Part shown: positions 13,459 through 25,600 of the stretch, piece by piece | How positions within the stretch are numbered: position 1 is the first letter of the stretch | Layout of the letters: every line of letters begins with the position of its first letter | Source: Lingula anatina | Taxonomy: Eukaryota; Animalia; Brachiopoda | Assembly (NCBI GenBank): GCA_051362555.1 | Contig: CM120643.1 | Span: 13,242,644-13,306,643 of the forward strand | Length of the DNA stretch: 64,000 nucleotides | Reading direction: 5' to 3' | Translations under genes and position numbers: made by a program | Notes under the pieces: model-generated | What the model was told of the DNA's origin: nothing | The model's database searches: none | What the model saw: the letters and a program-made list of their open reading frames with translations, nothing else

Positions 13459-13494
13459 ATAAACCAGCCTTGGTAAATATTCATGTCTTCTTAC

Positions 13495-13600
13495 CTTCCT
13501 CTGGAGTCGTACTGCCTGTCATTGATATAGTCTTCCAGGTTGATGTGTGCTTGGTATCTCATGGATTTGATCTTGGCGGAGTCGCTCAACCCTTTGGCAT
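13495..13600 (-). CDS. HNF4: HNF4 exon (ligand-binding domain, helix 9)
   Basis: (D)[34 protein letters not shown](R); caccag acceptor, AAG|GTAAG donor; 106 nt, phase 1 to 2; not in ORF track. Confidence 0.95.
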
Positions 13601-13756
13601 CTGGTGAATAATGGTAAATCTATACATATCTATTATGCATGTAGTAAATAATGATAGACTAGAATGCATTAGGTGTGATTTACAGCACACTCCTGGCAGC
13701 TGTGTCTGATTGCGTTAGATGAGAAAAAAGTGAGTGGATAAAAGGTGCCATAAAAA

Positions 13757-13796
<40 letters not shown>

Positions 13797-14857
13797 AAGG
13801 CAAATTTAATCAAAAATCAAATATAAAACAAACCTTTAATTCAATCAGATTAAGTCACAAATCAAAAAGAAATACTAGTGTGAAACAATTATCAATATCA
13901 TACTCTATAATCAAATAGAGCACACTAAACTTCAAATTTCATAACTTAGTCAAAACAACTGAAAGGATTATATATTTTTTTTTTTTTTTAAACATTACGA
14001 AGTGTGAAATTATTAATAAGAAGACATAAAAATAGAGTCATACTTAAGAAGGGGTATCAACCCTGAAAGCTCTACCACTAATAATGTGTTACAGCTGAGT
14101 TAAAGTAGGGAGTAAATGAGAGCAGAAGTTTGCAAGGAAAGTGGCAAAAGTTCACTCAAGAGTAGTTAGACAAACACACAGGAACCAAAGGTCTGTGCAG
14201 ATTTTATGTGACTTCAAAAAATTTATGTTAGAGAATCTGGAAAAGTGGTGGTGCATCATAGAAAGTGTTGTTGATGAAAATAGCGTGGTTAAATACTGTA
14301 AGACCCTGCGTCAAAATGGACCTTGATGGTGTTTTTGACATTCCTTCACAACTGCTAGAGAAATCCCATCACCCAATTCATTATCATGTTAATAGTAAGA
14401 ATGTCTCAGTAAAATCCCATTTTTATGCATTTCTCACAAGAACATGATGTAATTTTTTTCTTAAAAGATATTTTTCCATTGAACAACCATGAGGTGAGCA
14501 AATGGACAATGCAATGCAGAAATTTTTCATTGTTTTCCATTCTTCAAATCAGGATTTTTTAAAAACAGGCAAATTATGATCATATCTTTAACTATCTTGT
14601 CCACAACTCGCCTCATTCCCCTCTATTATAATTCAATTCTGATCTTAAATAATTGCACCATTATCAATCACATTCATTTTCTGCTTTTGTTAAATCATTT
14701 CAGCACCACCACCACTGAACAAATAAGCTGCCTCACAAATAATATAAATTCAGAAAAAAAAAAGTAAAAACCAAGCCTCTGCTCCCATGCGCCCCCTGTT
14801 GGATTAAATCAAAACTAATGAGCTAACCTGTATCCCCCAAATGTTGGAACTTCATAC

Positions 14858-15098
14858 CTGGGTCAAAAAACACTATGGCCTTCAGGCAGGCAAACTCTGA
14901 ATCATCAATTTGCACCTCTCGTAGCGGGACGACAAGCTCATCCAGAATTCTCCCCGATATGCGGCTGACCTCGAGGTCTGAACTATGGCGTGGGATGATG
15001 TAGTCGTTGCCTAGCAACAGGACATCTTTGAGTGATATGGACCGTCTGGCTACACCAAGGATTAGGTGCTCTCCGGCATGTGCTCGGAGCAAGGAGAC
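14858..15098 (-). CDS. HNF4: HNF4 exon (ligand-binding domain)
   Basis: [15 protein letters not shown]...[13 protein letters not shown]; tcacag acceptor, CCAG|GTATG donor; 241 nt, phase 0 to 1. Confidence 0.96.
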
Positions 15099-15441
15099 CT
15101 GTGAATATGACAGAGAGTAATGAACTGCTCAGTCCTTTATTATATATTTGTATTGTATATAATGCTTTGTTGGCTATAACATGTAAAAGGACTATTGCAT
15201 ATTATTATCATAAAACAAGCTACTGGCCATTTGTAACTGTGTAATTTTTCTTTTTTCTTTTTTTTTCTTTTTTTTTTTTTTTTTTTGCTGAAATTATTAC
15301 AATACACTGACAGTTAACTATCTTCAGAAAAAAACAAGACAAGGCACACCGCAAATCAGGAGCACTTTTGGTACGCATTCCGGCTTCCACCTTCAAAACT
15401 TTATAATGGTTATATCTGACCAACCACCCATTCTGTCCTAC

Positions 15442-15591
15442 CTGGTCATCTAGAGGCAGTTCACAGAAGCTTGGAATGTATTTGGCCCATTCAACCAGCA
15501 CCAGCAGTTGTTGTTTCATGGATTCCACCACATCATTGATGGAGGCAAGCTTCTTTTGGGATATGTCCACATTACCCAGAGGGGAAGATAT
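15442..15591 (-). CDS. HNF4: HNF4 exon (ligand-binding domain, helix 3-4)
   Basis: [50 protein letters not shown]; caccag acceptor, CAG|GTAGG donor; 150 nt, phase 0 to 0. Confidence 0.95.
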
Positions 15592-15905
15592 CTGGTGGGG
15601 GAAAGTTATCAGTAAAAAGTAAAATATCAGCTAAAATACACATGGAAATGCACCATGTTACCTCAAAATTGGCCATTCACAGGCTCATATCTATTTTTTT
15701 TATTAATTTAGCAAAATCCATGTTTAATATTTCAAACTAACTTTCTGATAATACTGCACATTTTCTACAATTTTCAGATCAGGAAGATTTTTTTTTAATG
15801 ATAAACATGTTGTTCTGAAAATAAAAACAGTTTTCTTTAACTTGAGCGTCTGAGTAATATCAGTAACATGACAATAGTGACATTAAGTAGTAGTCAGTAA
15901 CACAC

Positions 15906-16021
15906 CTGTCTGGATAGAATTTCAGCATTGAGCAATGTGCTGACGGATAAAGCACCATTTTGAGCAACCTCGTCGTAACTGGTCCGCCGGACACTGATCC
16001 TGTCACGCTCATTTTGAACAG
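15906..16021 (-). CDS. HNF4: HNF4 exon (T-box/hinge)
   Basis: (A)VQNERDRISVRRTSYDEVAQNGALSVSTLLNAEILSRQ; tttcag acceptor, CAG|GTGTG donor; 116 nt, phase 1 to 0; not in ORF track. Confidence 0.95.
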
Positions 16022-18802
16022 CTGAAATAAAAGAGAGATCGCACATAAGTCTCCTGCGTGGGTATTCTTGCATGCAAACTACATGTATGCAAGTGCACTG
16101 GGAAATATATACTAATTTAGTACCCAGAGTTTCCTATCAATGACATACCAGCTTTTTCATTTTCAAATAAGTTAACCATATCTATCAGGTACTTATCCAA
16201 TAAGCAGGTAATAATGGAGATTTTAAAATTAACACTGTGCCTGAAATTCAAGTTAGAATATATTGCACTATTCTGAATAAAGATCCTTCTTAGATATTTA
16301 AATATCCGGTATAGTATGCTGACACTTTATATATATGGTGCAATATGAGATGTTTGAATAAGATATAATTGAAAATTTTTATCTGCCTTGGACAATTACA
16401 TCCAAAGTTTATTAATCTGGCAGTCTGATAAAAGTATTTTTGACAAAATTTTGAATTTTATCCCCCCAAGCCATGAGACTTCATGTGCAATCTCAGATTT
16501 TGATGGTTTTCATATAACTTTAAAAGGTTAAAAGGGAGCATGGTATTTGAGGCATATCATAATTATAGTGAGTCACAAAATTCAATATAATTTGTTACCA
16601 TCTCTCCCTATTTATTTGAGATGTCATGAGATACAAGTTCACCAAAACATGTGACGAGTGACAATTATTGCACCACACAAACGGAGATTCTCCAATTCCA
16701 CAGGCCTAGTGGCTTCATTGTGACAGCTGATAATGCATACTTCTTCAACTGGGCCAAGAAAGTGGCAAGAAAACAAGCATGAAAAGGACATGATTCATCC
16801 ACATGTGCCCACAGCTTTCTCTCTGTGTCAGCTGATTGTGAAGTAGGTCAATAAATGGATCAACAAATAAAAATGTGTGTCTGAAAATCACCCAAGTAAA
16901 TAACCCGTCTTATAAGGAGGTGGTAGACAATAAAACAATTATCTGACACCTGGTGGGTTTTAAAATGGCATATAAGCTAGGATACTGGACACAACCTCTT
17001 TTAAGCAACCTCTTTTGGTTATCTGAACTGTCAAAACAAGTGAAGATCATATTACTAGTACATGCTATCAAGGACAAACTCACAGATTCTGTTATTGGAC
17101 AAACTGCCATGTCATTTCTGATAGAAGTGCTAAGTTCACAGACCCCCCCCCCCCCCCCCCAAACTCCTGACCCCCTCCTCTTCCCTGGAGATCTTAAACT
17201 CTTGAAGCAGAGTCTCTCCAATAAGTCAGGGCACTTATTTGAAAAAATACAACAAATCATTAAATATGTAATCTGATAATAAATGACATTGAAGCTCAAC
17301 ACGTGGGCTACTTCACATACTGTCAATGCCACTTATAAAACCAATTGCCAATCATTAACAAAACTGTACCTAATGTTCCGTTACACTAATCCCTTGCTCA
17401 GGGACAGATATGAACAGATATGTTAAGTGTCAATAGAAATAATCAACAGCCGGACACGCACACCCCAAGGTTATCGCCAGTGACAGGTTATTAATTCAAG
17501 TCCCCAATACAAAAATGATACCCGTGCTTTTCCCCTTGATTTCCTATTGTTGTGCCAGGGAGAAGTGCCTGGAATTGCACTAAGGATGATAACATAGAGG
17601 TGATATTAGTTATGGGGATTGTAAGGAGCGTGCCTGCACTTGTTGATGTCTTTTTATGTGTGAGAATACAACGGACTAGAAGGACAATGATATAATTGTA
17701 TGTTTATCAAAGATTTTAATGCAGGTTGTTTTTTTTTTTAATTTTATTTATTATTTTTATTGTCTAGTAACAAAAAAGGCTTGCAAAATTAAATGTAAAG
17801 ATGCTGTCCCATCATATAAGGACCTATTTGTATCCTCAATTGATCTTATAAAAAGCCCCAATACCTCAGGTAACACCTATGACAAATTCCTTCTGTGGTT
17901 ATTTAGACACAGGCTGATATTGTTTATGATTATCACCCTGATATGGGTGTGATGCTTCAGTAGACCTACAGGAATATTGAATTTTTTTTTCATGTTACAT
18001 TCACACCATTCCCAAGTGAGAAACCTTCACACACCTGGTACTGCTTGAATATGCACTTGAACTTTTTGAACAGTATACCTGAACTGTTAATTTTTTTTCA
18101 CTCGGAAATTACTTTTATTCACATATACCTGCAACAGTAGTGTTGTAAAATATCCATACAAAACATGTTTATTTTCTGCCGACATATGACAGATTTATGT
18201 GATTTTTTTTGTTAAGTAGCCCATGTCAAAAGCAGTTTGATATCTTTTATTTGTGATATCTTTGGTTCTATTTCACAAGTATCCATGTTGGAACACAATC
18301 GTTTAATGAGTGGCAGCAAACCTCAAAATTTCAAATTACCCAAACAAAAAAACTGCCAGTGTCCTGTCTTGAATGAGTTTGCATGCCCCCTATATCTGAG
18401 GCCACCTAGAGAGAGAGGACAATGGGTGCCCTGTGAGTGGAGAACTTCTCCAACAACAACAACAACAGATAACCCCACAGAAAACCTATGGATGAATCAC
18501 TCACCTTATCCTGCTAGCTATACAAAAGATACAATAATAGTTTTGCACCAAGTGCCTTCAGGTGTTGATCGAATTTCAGGTATCATAGTATAAGAAAAAT
18601 AAAATGACCAAAAGTGCTCAAGAACTGCCAGGGATTTGGGGGTGACACAAACATTAACCTGCCATGACACTTTATCTTCAAATTCTTCGAGTCACCTTAA
18701 ACTTATGAATCAAAATAAAATTGACTAAGGAAAAGACATTAAATTTTCATCAATCAATGTCATTTAAGTTAAATAAATCAATATAAATCCAATATAACTC
18801 AC

Positions 18803-19093
18803 CTTCTTTTTTCATCCCAGCCCGAAAACATTTCTTTAATCGGCAGTACCGACACTGGTTTCGTTTGTCTTTGTCTACGATGCAATTCCGACTGAATCGG
18901 CATGTGTATACGTGATTCTTTCTGACGCTCCTTCTGAAGAAGCCCTTGCACCCATCACAGCTGGCAGCTCCGTAGTGTTTGCCTGTTGCCCTGTCGCCGC
19001 AAATGGCGCAGTACTGGCTCATGGTCTGGTTGCCCACCAGCGCAGACGACGACATGGAGGCCAACGATTGGACATTATTCAGGTCTCCAGAAT
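18803..19093 (-). CDS. HNF4: HNF4 (NR2A) shared exon encoding the whole C4 zinc-finger DNA-binding domain
   Basis: [69 protein letters not shown] with HNF4-type P-box CDGCKG; acceptor ttgcag, donor GAAG|GTGAG; 291 nt, phase 1 to 1. Confidence 0.97.
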
Positions 19094-20444
19094 CTGCAAC
19101 GAAGAAAAGGAATATTTTATAAAGAAAGTCATTGGGTCAATCTATGATAAATTTATTGCATAAATCAAACACAAAATATTGATGTAACTGGTCCATTGAT
19201 GCACACAAACTGCACAACTTTTTCAAGTTTGCTAGACAGCTGTGTCTGGAATACAATCAGAATTAACTGATCAAGGTGTCTGCTATAATGCTTACAAGTT
19301 CACGCCAATTGTCCTTCCTTTTGCTCCCTCAGTTCACCTGTGTATTTGTAACAAGGGGTTAGCACGGAACATAATTTAATGTAACAAGAAGTTGTTAGTA
19401 GACTGAGACATTGTAAAACAGACTTCTGTTTCATAACATTCACAATATGACTATAGGAGGCTTGCACCATGGTTGCAAAGTTAACAATTTCTAGCAAAGA
19501 TATTTAGCTGCATGCACAACAGATGTTGTATGGATCTTTAAAAACTTATATGATTATGATGTTACATAATTTTTTAAAAGAGTCAGATATTAATTTGAGC
19601 CACAAACAAGTACGTAAATCACACATTTTAGTTTCATTCTGCTGTCAAGCAGGTTTCATTGCACCACCTTAACTGTGCCAATTTCTTATATTGAGTCAAA
19701 ATTAATAAGAGTCACAAGTTTCTTTCCTTTTTCTTTCACCTCAGGAAGACTTGTATTTTGACTGTTTTCACTCCAATGTATATACTCCAGACAACAAAAC
19801 ACCCCAGATAATTCTCCCAGTTTTGACAAGGGGTGTAACAGTTCAATAAACTAGATGACCTCAAGGGTGTGGGAAAGAGGAGAAACCCTTCACACCTCGT
19901 TTACTTTGATTTCTTAATTTCTCCCCTGCACCTTAATTTGTACTGACTTTAAACATCACAGCTTCATTATCATGATGTATTACATGAGGCAATGGTGCAC
20001 ATGCCCTTCCCCCCTTGAATACAAAATTTTTAAAAAAAACTTTTTTTTTTGCTTCAGTATTTCAACTGATTTTACATTTTAGTCTCACCATAAAATTCAG
20101 TCATCATTCAAACACAGTCTTTTAACTTATGTCTACCTATCTTATCATCATTTACATTCAATTTATCAATTTTAGTTTGTCTTTTAATTGCTCTTTAGTT
20201 TTCACGTAAATGGCACTAAAATGCAAGCGAAGTGCAGTTAGTTTTTAAGAAATTATAATTATTATCATTGTTATTAATATTTAGTCTATTAATTAACATT
20301 TTAGTGATAGTAATCACTTACTTTAGAACATTATTTATGAAACAGCCATGTTTCACTCTTGTCACAAGAGCATCATCAGGCTGAATGCCCACAGATCCTA
20401 ATGTGTTGGTGGACCTGTGAACAATTCCACTCAGAGTAGTATTA

Positions 20445-20658
20445 GGATGCATTCCCATAGATTTTAGATCGATCTATCCCCGTGGGGAGTCCCACTAGAT
20501 TACTGTCAGATAATCCGGCTTAAATGTCTGTCCTGCCTACTACAAGCTGTAAGGGGGTGATTAACTTTCGTGCCCGCTCGGCTGACAGCTATTTAGCATG
20601 AACCCCCAGGGAGTTAGGACGATCTAGTTGGATCGATCTAATCTCTGGGAATGGGGTC
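20445..20658 (+). mobile_element. PIF/Harbinger-like MITE family, copy 2
   Basis: TTA|GGATGCATTCCCATAGA...TCTCTGGGAATGGGGTC|TTA, 3-bp TSD. Confidence 0.88.
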
Positions 20659-20678
20659 TTAGTATCAATATTTAGTTG

Positions 20679-20906
20679 TTAAACCCCCCTTTACACTGGA
20701 CAGCGTCCTTTTTATGTCCTGTAGCAAGGTCCCGTTTGACAGTAAAAATAAAATAATACTTTACGTGCCAACCACTGGCCCGTCATAAGGCATTCATTCT
20801 GCAACCTAAGCTTGTGCCTCCTTTCTACAACCACAGCGATGCCAGTTTCATGGTCGCTACAAAGGACGCAGAAAAGCCATGGTGTCCGTTGTAAAGGGGG
20901 GTTTAA
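20679..20906. mobile_element. MITE with TIRs, 20 bp from MITE copy 2
   Basis: TTAAACCCCCCTTTACA...TGTAAAGGGGGGTTTAA with imperfect subterminal pairing. Confidence 0.75.
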
Positions 20907-22548
20907 GTGAAACTGACACCATGGCCTTGACCCAGCATGCACTAGCAACATGGGTGACCCTGATATGCAAAACAAACTACATAAAAAACTTAAAAGTACC
21001 ACACCAAAGAAAAATTCTCACCCATGGACAAAAAGGATTCCTATATTCCCCATGATAAAATTCAAATTATTTTGACACCTAATTGTGTAAGTACAAAACG
21101 AGTAGAAGGCTTGTTTGTTAGTTTTTTCCTGTATGTCAATGTAAAAGTGACACTGTTCAGGGCCAGTGCAAGTCCTTTAAGTTATGAATCAGTAGATGGA
21201 AGATAGAAAATCATGAAGTTCACAGATATTTAATAACTCATCAACTCATCACACAAATATGAACACACAGACTCTTATTGACAATGAGATGATAATAAGT
21301 AATGGAGAGTATCTTTCACCTACTGAATTTTACCACATCACAAAAATTGTACAAACTTTGGAATAGGCATATAATTCTACAATCCACTGTATAGAATGGT
21401 CTGGTATACGTGATGCTGGAAAAAAAATAATAACTCTATACCAAGACAGCCAACAAGATACAACACAACAAATTTGGCAAATGTGAAAAATGTGTAAAGA
21501 GAGCAGGACAAAACGACCCGGAAAATTTCAAACAAAATTTGGTCACATGCCTAGTCAGGGGGGTGCTTGTATTTTTCCCTGTCAAATATTTGGCAACGTT
21601 GCCCTGAAACATGTGAACTGATATCAGGACATGACCAGTAAGGCTGCACTCTCTCAGCACTCTCTACAGCCAAATAACCTGTAGCTGATTTGACACATTC
21701 CTATTTGTAATCAAGCAAGTGTCTACAAAGCATTACCCCACACAAAAAATTTTATTTATTTATTTTGTTTATTTATTTATTTTTGTATTATATGTAGGTA
21801 CTCATGCTGTGACGCCAGCTTGGCTGCAAAAAGGTGTACTGACATCATTAATATGTCATGTTATGATATTCATTATTAGACTTTCTGTATACATGTGTTT
21901 ATAATACTCTTCGTTGATTAGTGAGCCAGAAAATGTCAAGCCATGTACACATTAAGTGCTCAATAAACATTATTATTATTTTTATAAAGTTCAATCAGAT
22001 TCAATCTGTGTACATGTAAATGCCATGCATGTAGAGTCTGGGCACATACAAATTGGTGCAATTCCCTTAGCTACAGCTGTAATGCCATATAACATAGGTG
22101 ATAACTTATCTAGTGCAGTACTCAACTGTCAGATAACATATGGTTTAGCTGGGACTTGGGGTAATCACAGTGGCTTACGGAAAGGAGGGGATGATGTACC
22201 CCCCCTTCTTCCCCTCCATGTGTAAAACGAGACTTATACAAAAAGTTTGTAAAAGCATTTTTAAAAAGGAAAAGTACAAGTGAATATGATGAAGTCCACA
22301 GCACATATGTTGCATAGTGAATTAGGTAGGTAGAGGCACTAGGCCCTTGCCCATAAGGGAGACAGGACATATTTTGACCCCAATTTTTACCCAATGCCCC
22401 ACAATGCCCTACATTTCAAATAAGATTTTTTCTTTACAGAAAAGACGACGAAGGGAGTGGTTCCTCCTACCCCCTAATCCCCTCTTACTTTTAGACCTAC
22501 CCTACAGATAGTAATCTATGTATAATTCCGTCATGTCTTTACAAATCA

Positions 22549-22586
<38 letters not shown>

Positions 22587-22626
22587 CAACAACAACAACA
22601 ACACACAGGTTAATGCCCCATACTAC

Positions 22627-22696
22627 CTGGGGAATCCAGCATCTCTAGATCGAGTTCAGCGTCAAACGGATTGGCCCGCAGCTCCGTCAAAACCAT
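22627..22696 (-). CDS. HNF4: HNF4 candidate alternative first coding exon A (proximal)
   Basis: AGCATGG start, MVLTELRANPFDAELDLEMLDSP, phase-1 donor CCAG|GTAGT joining in frame to the DBD exon. Confidence 0.75.
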
Positions 22697-25600
22697 GCTG
22701 TCTGACTTCCTAGGGTTTCCCACTCTATCTGATACTATCTGTGACTGATTCAGTACAACATGGGTATGGTATCTCAAACCAGATACTACATACAGCAGAA
22801 GTGGTATCTGTATAGTTAAACTGCACTCAGCTGTCTCTGTTTGACAAGGAGGCACAGGCTCAGACCCGCAGTTATGATATTTTGTTCACCCGGTGAGAAA
22901 ATAATGTCATGTGGCTTGCCAAGCAGCAAATGTCAATGAAAAGGCAAAGATAACAGCGCTGATGAGAACAAACCTCGATATGTTGCAATGTACCTATTTT
23001 CTGACCTTGGACAATGTTGCACTGTCACACTTTTGGATCCCCGCTTTTCAATTCACTGGTGCACTGTAGCATTAGCAGTGAAAGAGAACATGCAATCCTG
23101 GTCCTTGATCAGATACTTATTATTACCATTCTCAGGGAGAACAATCTTCATAAACGCCAATCCAATTTCTATTTAAATGTACAATCACGCACCAAGACCT
23201 GTGGGATTCAGCGAAAATGAAACACGATAGTGACTGCACCTCTTTTTATCTCATCAACATGCTGCTTATAACAACAATGTCACCAAAATGTCACTTGGTC
23301 ACAGAGAGCCGTCTCTGAGCGTAAATACACCCGAGTAATCTGCATCCCTTATCATTAAGTAAAGCTGCTAATGCATCCAGGCAGGGGGGCAGGGCTATCA
23401 GCAGTGCCACCACCCCTCGGATTTCTAACAGTGGGTCTTCACTTTCACGCCCCCTGGCTGCAGGATTGTTCTAGGTGCAGTTCATTCCTATCAGAGTACC
23501 TGCTTCTAACTGTCCACGGGAGTCCTGGATGATGTAATATACTCTTCAGAGGCAGAGATGATAGAGAGATAAAGCTGGGCAAACAGGGGGAGCGGGGAAG
23601 GGGGGGGACATAAGTTTACAGTAGAGAGTGGACTAGCGAGGTACTAAAACTGTAACTGTTCCTGTGGGATTTTAATGTCACTGTTGCACCTGATGTTACT
23701 GTAACGGATTGTACTGTTTCTGTCACTGGTGATATACAGCTATTGCTGGATGTCTTCCTGATTGACGTTGAACTGATAACGTCTATAACTGTTATATCTG
23801 AGCTCAAAAAAATATGACAAAATCACTATGTCGAATCTGAAAAACAGCTGCTGTCTGAGGTTGCAGTTTTTCTGTTTCCCTGTGATATGTTATATCTTCT
23901 TAGTAAATTAAAGCAGTTTTTACATCAGGTCTGCCTGAGTCTCTCAAACAGATCAGCTAGCTAATGTTTGATGTATACTTCATGGATCATGAAACTGCAG
24001 TCAGTATTTCCTTGCTCCTGACAACAATGATTAACAGAAAGCTAATCCTTCTTATGAGAATATCAAAAACTAGCAGAACAGAAAAATCATCTCCTGGCAA
24101 ATGTCTTTGACGGTGCTAGTGTCTCCCTCTCTCTCCACCAACTGAACTCAAATGCATCACTACCAAAGAAAAAAGACAGAGAAAAACCACCTTTTCTTAC
24201 CTTAAGTGCCCACTAGGAAGGAGCCCTTGTGTCAAATCCCCCAAAATAACCCAATCTGAGTCACCCCTGCGACCAAGTTATAAATAACTTGAATACAGTT
24301 TGTCATATGACTATCTCTCATTGGCATACTAGTGTATCAAAAGAATCCCCCTGAGACCTAAAATCCCTGACTGAGAGATGCAATCCTAAATATATATATG
24401 CATAGTTAACTTGTGATAAAAATTATGGATAAAACAGTAACCTCTGAGTAGATTTGAGATAGAAGAATTTACAATTTGATAATAAGTTTTTCATCCCTTA
24501 CTAAATGAGTGAGGGAGACATTTCCCACTGCCTAAAACTTTGGTATGATAATTAAATAGAGCAAAGACCTCGAGCATAATACTTTTCATAAGGTATCAAA
24601 ATACTACACAGTGAATTAAGCCAATTTATGGCACATTTCAATATATAGCATGGAAAATGCACATTTCTAGTGGAGATATCAAATGATAATATCATATTTT
24701 AAGTGTGTCGGTATTTAAACTATGACAAACTGTCATCATCAAGTTTTTTTATTTCTGTTCAATAAAACCAATACATATGGTATGAATACAACTGATTTCA
24801 TAACTACTTGTAATGAGCTAAATGTTAAAAATCATAAAGCGTAAACTAGCATTTTGTCTATCAACATGTCCTCAGCTATTTTACACAACAAAATAGCTAC
24901 ATAATACTGTCAGACCCCCTCCCTGAAAACCCTTGTAATTATTGGTGTACTTTGACTGTATGTGACTTGCAATGTTTCTAATTAGAATTCAATATAATCC
25001 AACTCGTTTAAGAAAAAAATTCATTTTAACAAACAACACTTTTCATACAAAGGAATTCAATTAATTTCCATCAGTCAAACAATTTTCAATGGAAACCTTT
25101 AAAAAAAAAACAGATTTTGAGATAATCACCCAAAACATCTGTCAGGCGCCAGCAGACGCCATTTGATTTGCCAGATTTTGCCGGGCAGACACTGAAGGTG
25201 GGATATCACATGGTTCCTGCGCTGTTTATGTAATGTGACAGCAGAACCATTGTTCCTTTGCCATTGTTTAGCACATCTTTGAGTACGGTGTGATTAATAT
25301 GAAATAATGCCCTAAACAATCTCCAATCCTGCTGCAATTAAAAGAGCAACCCGTGAAAAACTGTGCTCCCCTACAAAGAATGTTTAAACAAAAGCGGCTG
25401 TCAGGATTATAAACATGACATAACACCGTAAATCTTTCAATGTTCCCAATCTAAATATTTCCATGGCGGAGAAAATCTTGTGGTTGCCCATTTTCAAAAA
25501 TGGAATATATCTGAGTGACAATAAAACCCATCGAAATTGTGATTAATGTACGCTACATAACTTGGCAAGGCATAAAATAAATTTGATGCATACAACTACC

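Noticed and set aside
16910-17332. Overlapping 140-aa and 107-aa ORFs in an HNF4 intron
   Set aside because: No recognisable motif, runs through a poly-C tract, no supporting splice signals
24201-24330. Strong minus-strand donor AAG|GTAAGA as another HNF4 coding first exon
   Set aside because: The phase-1 frame has TAA immediately before the donor; at most a non-coding exon
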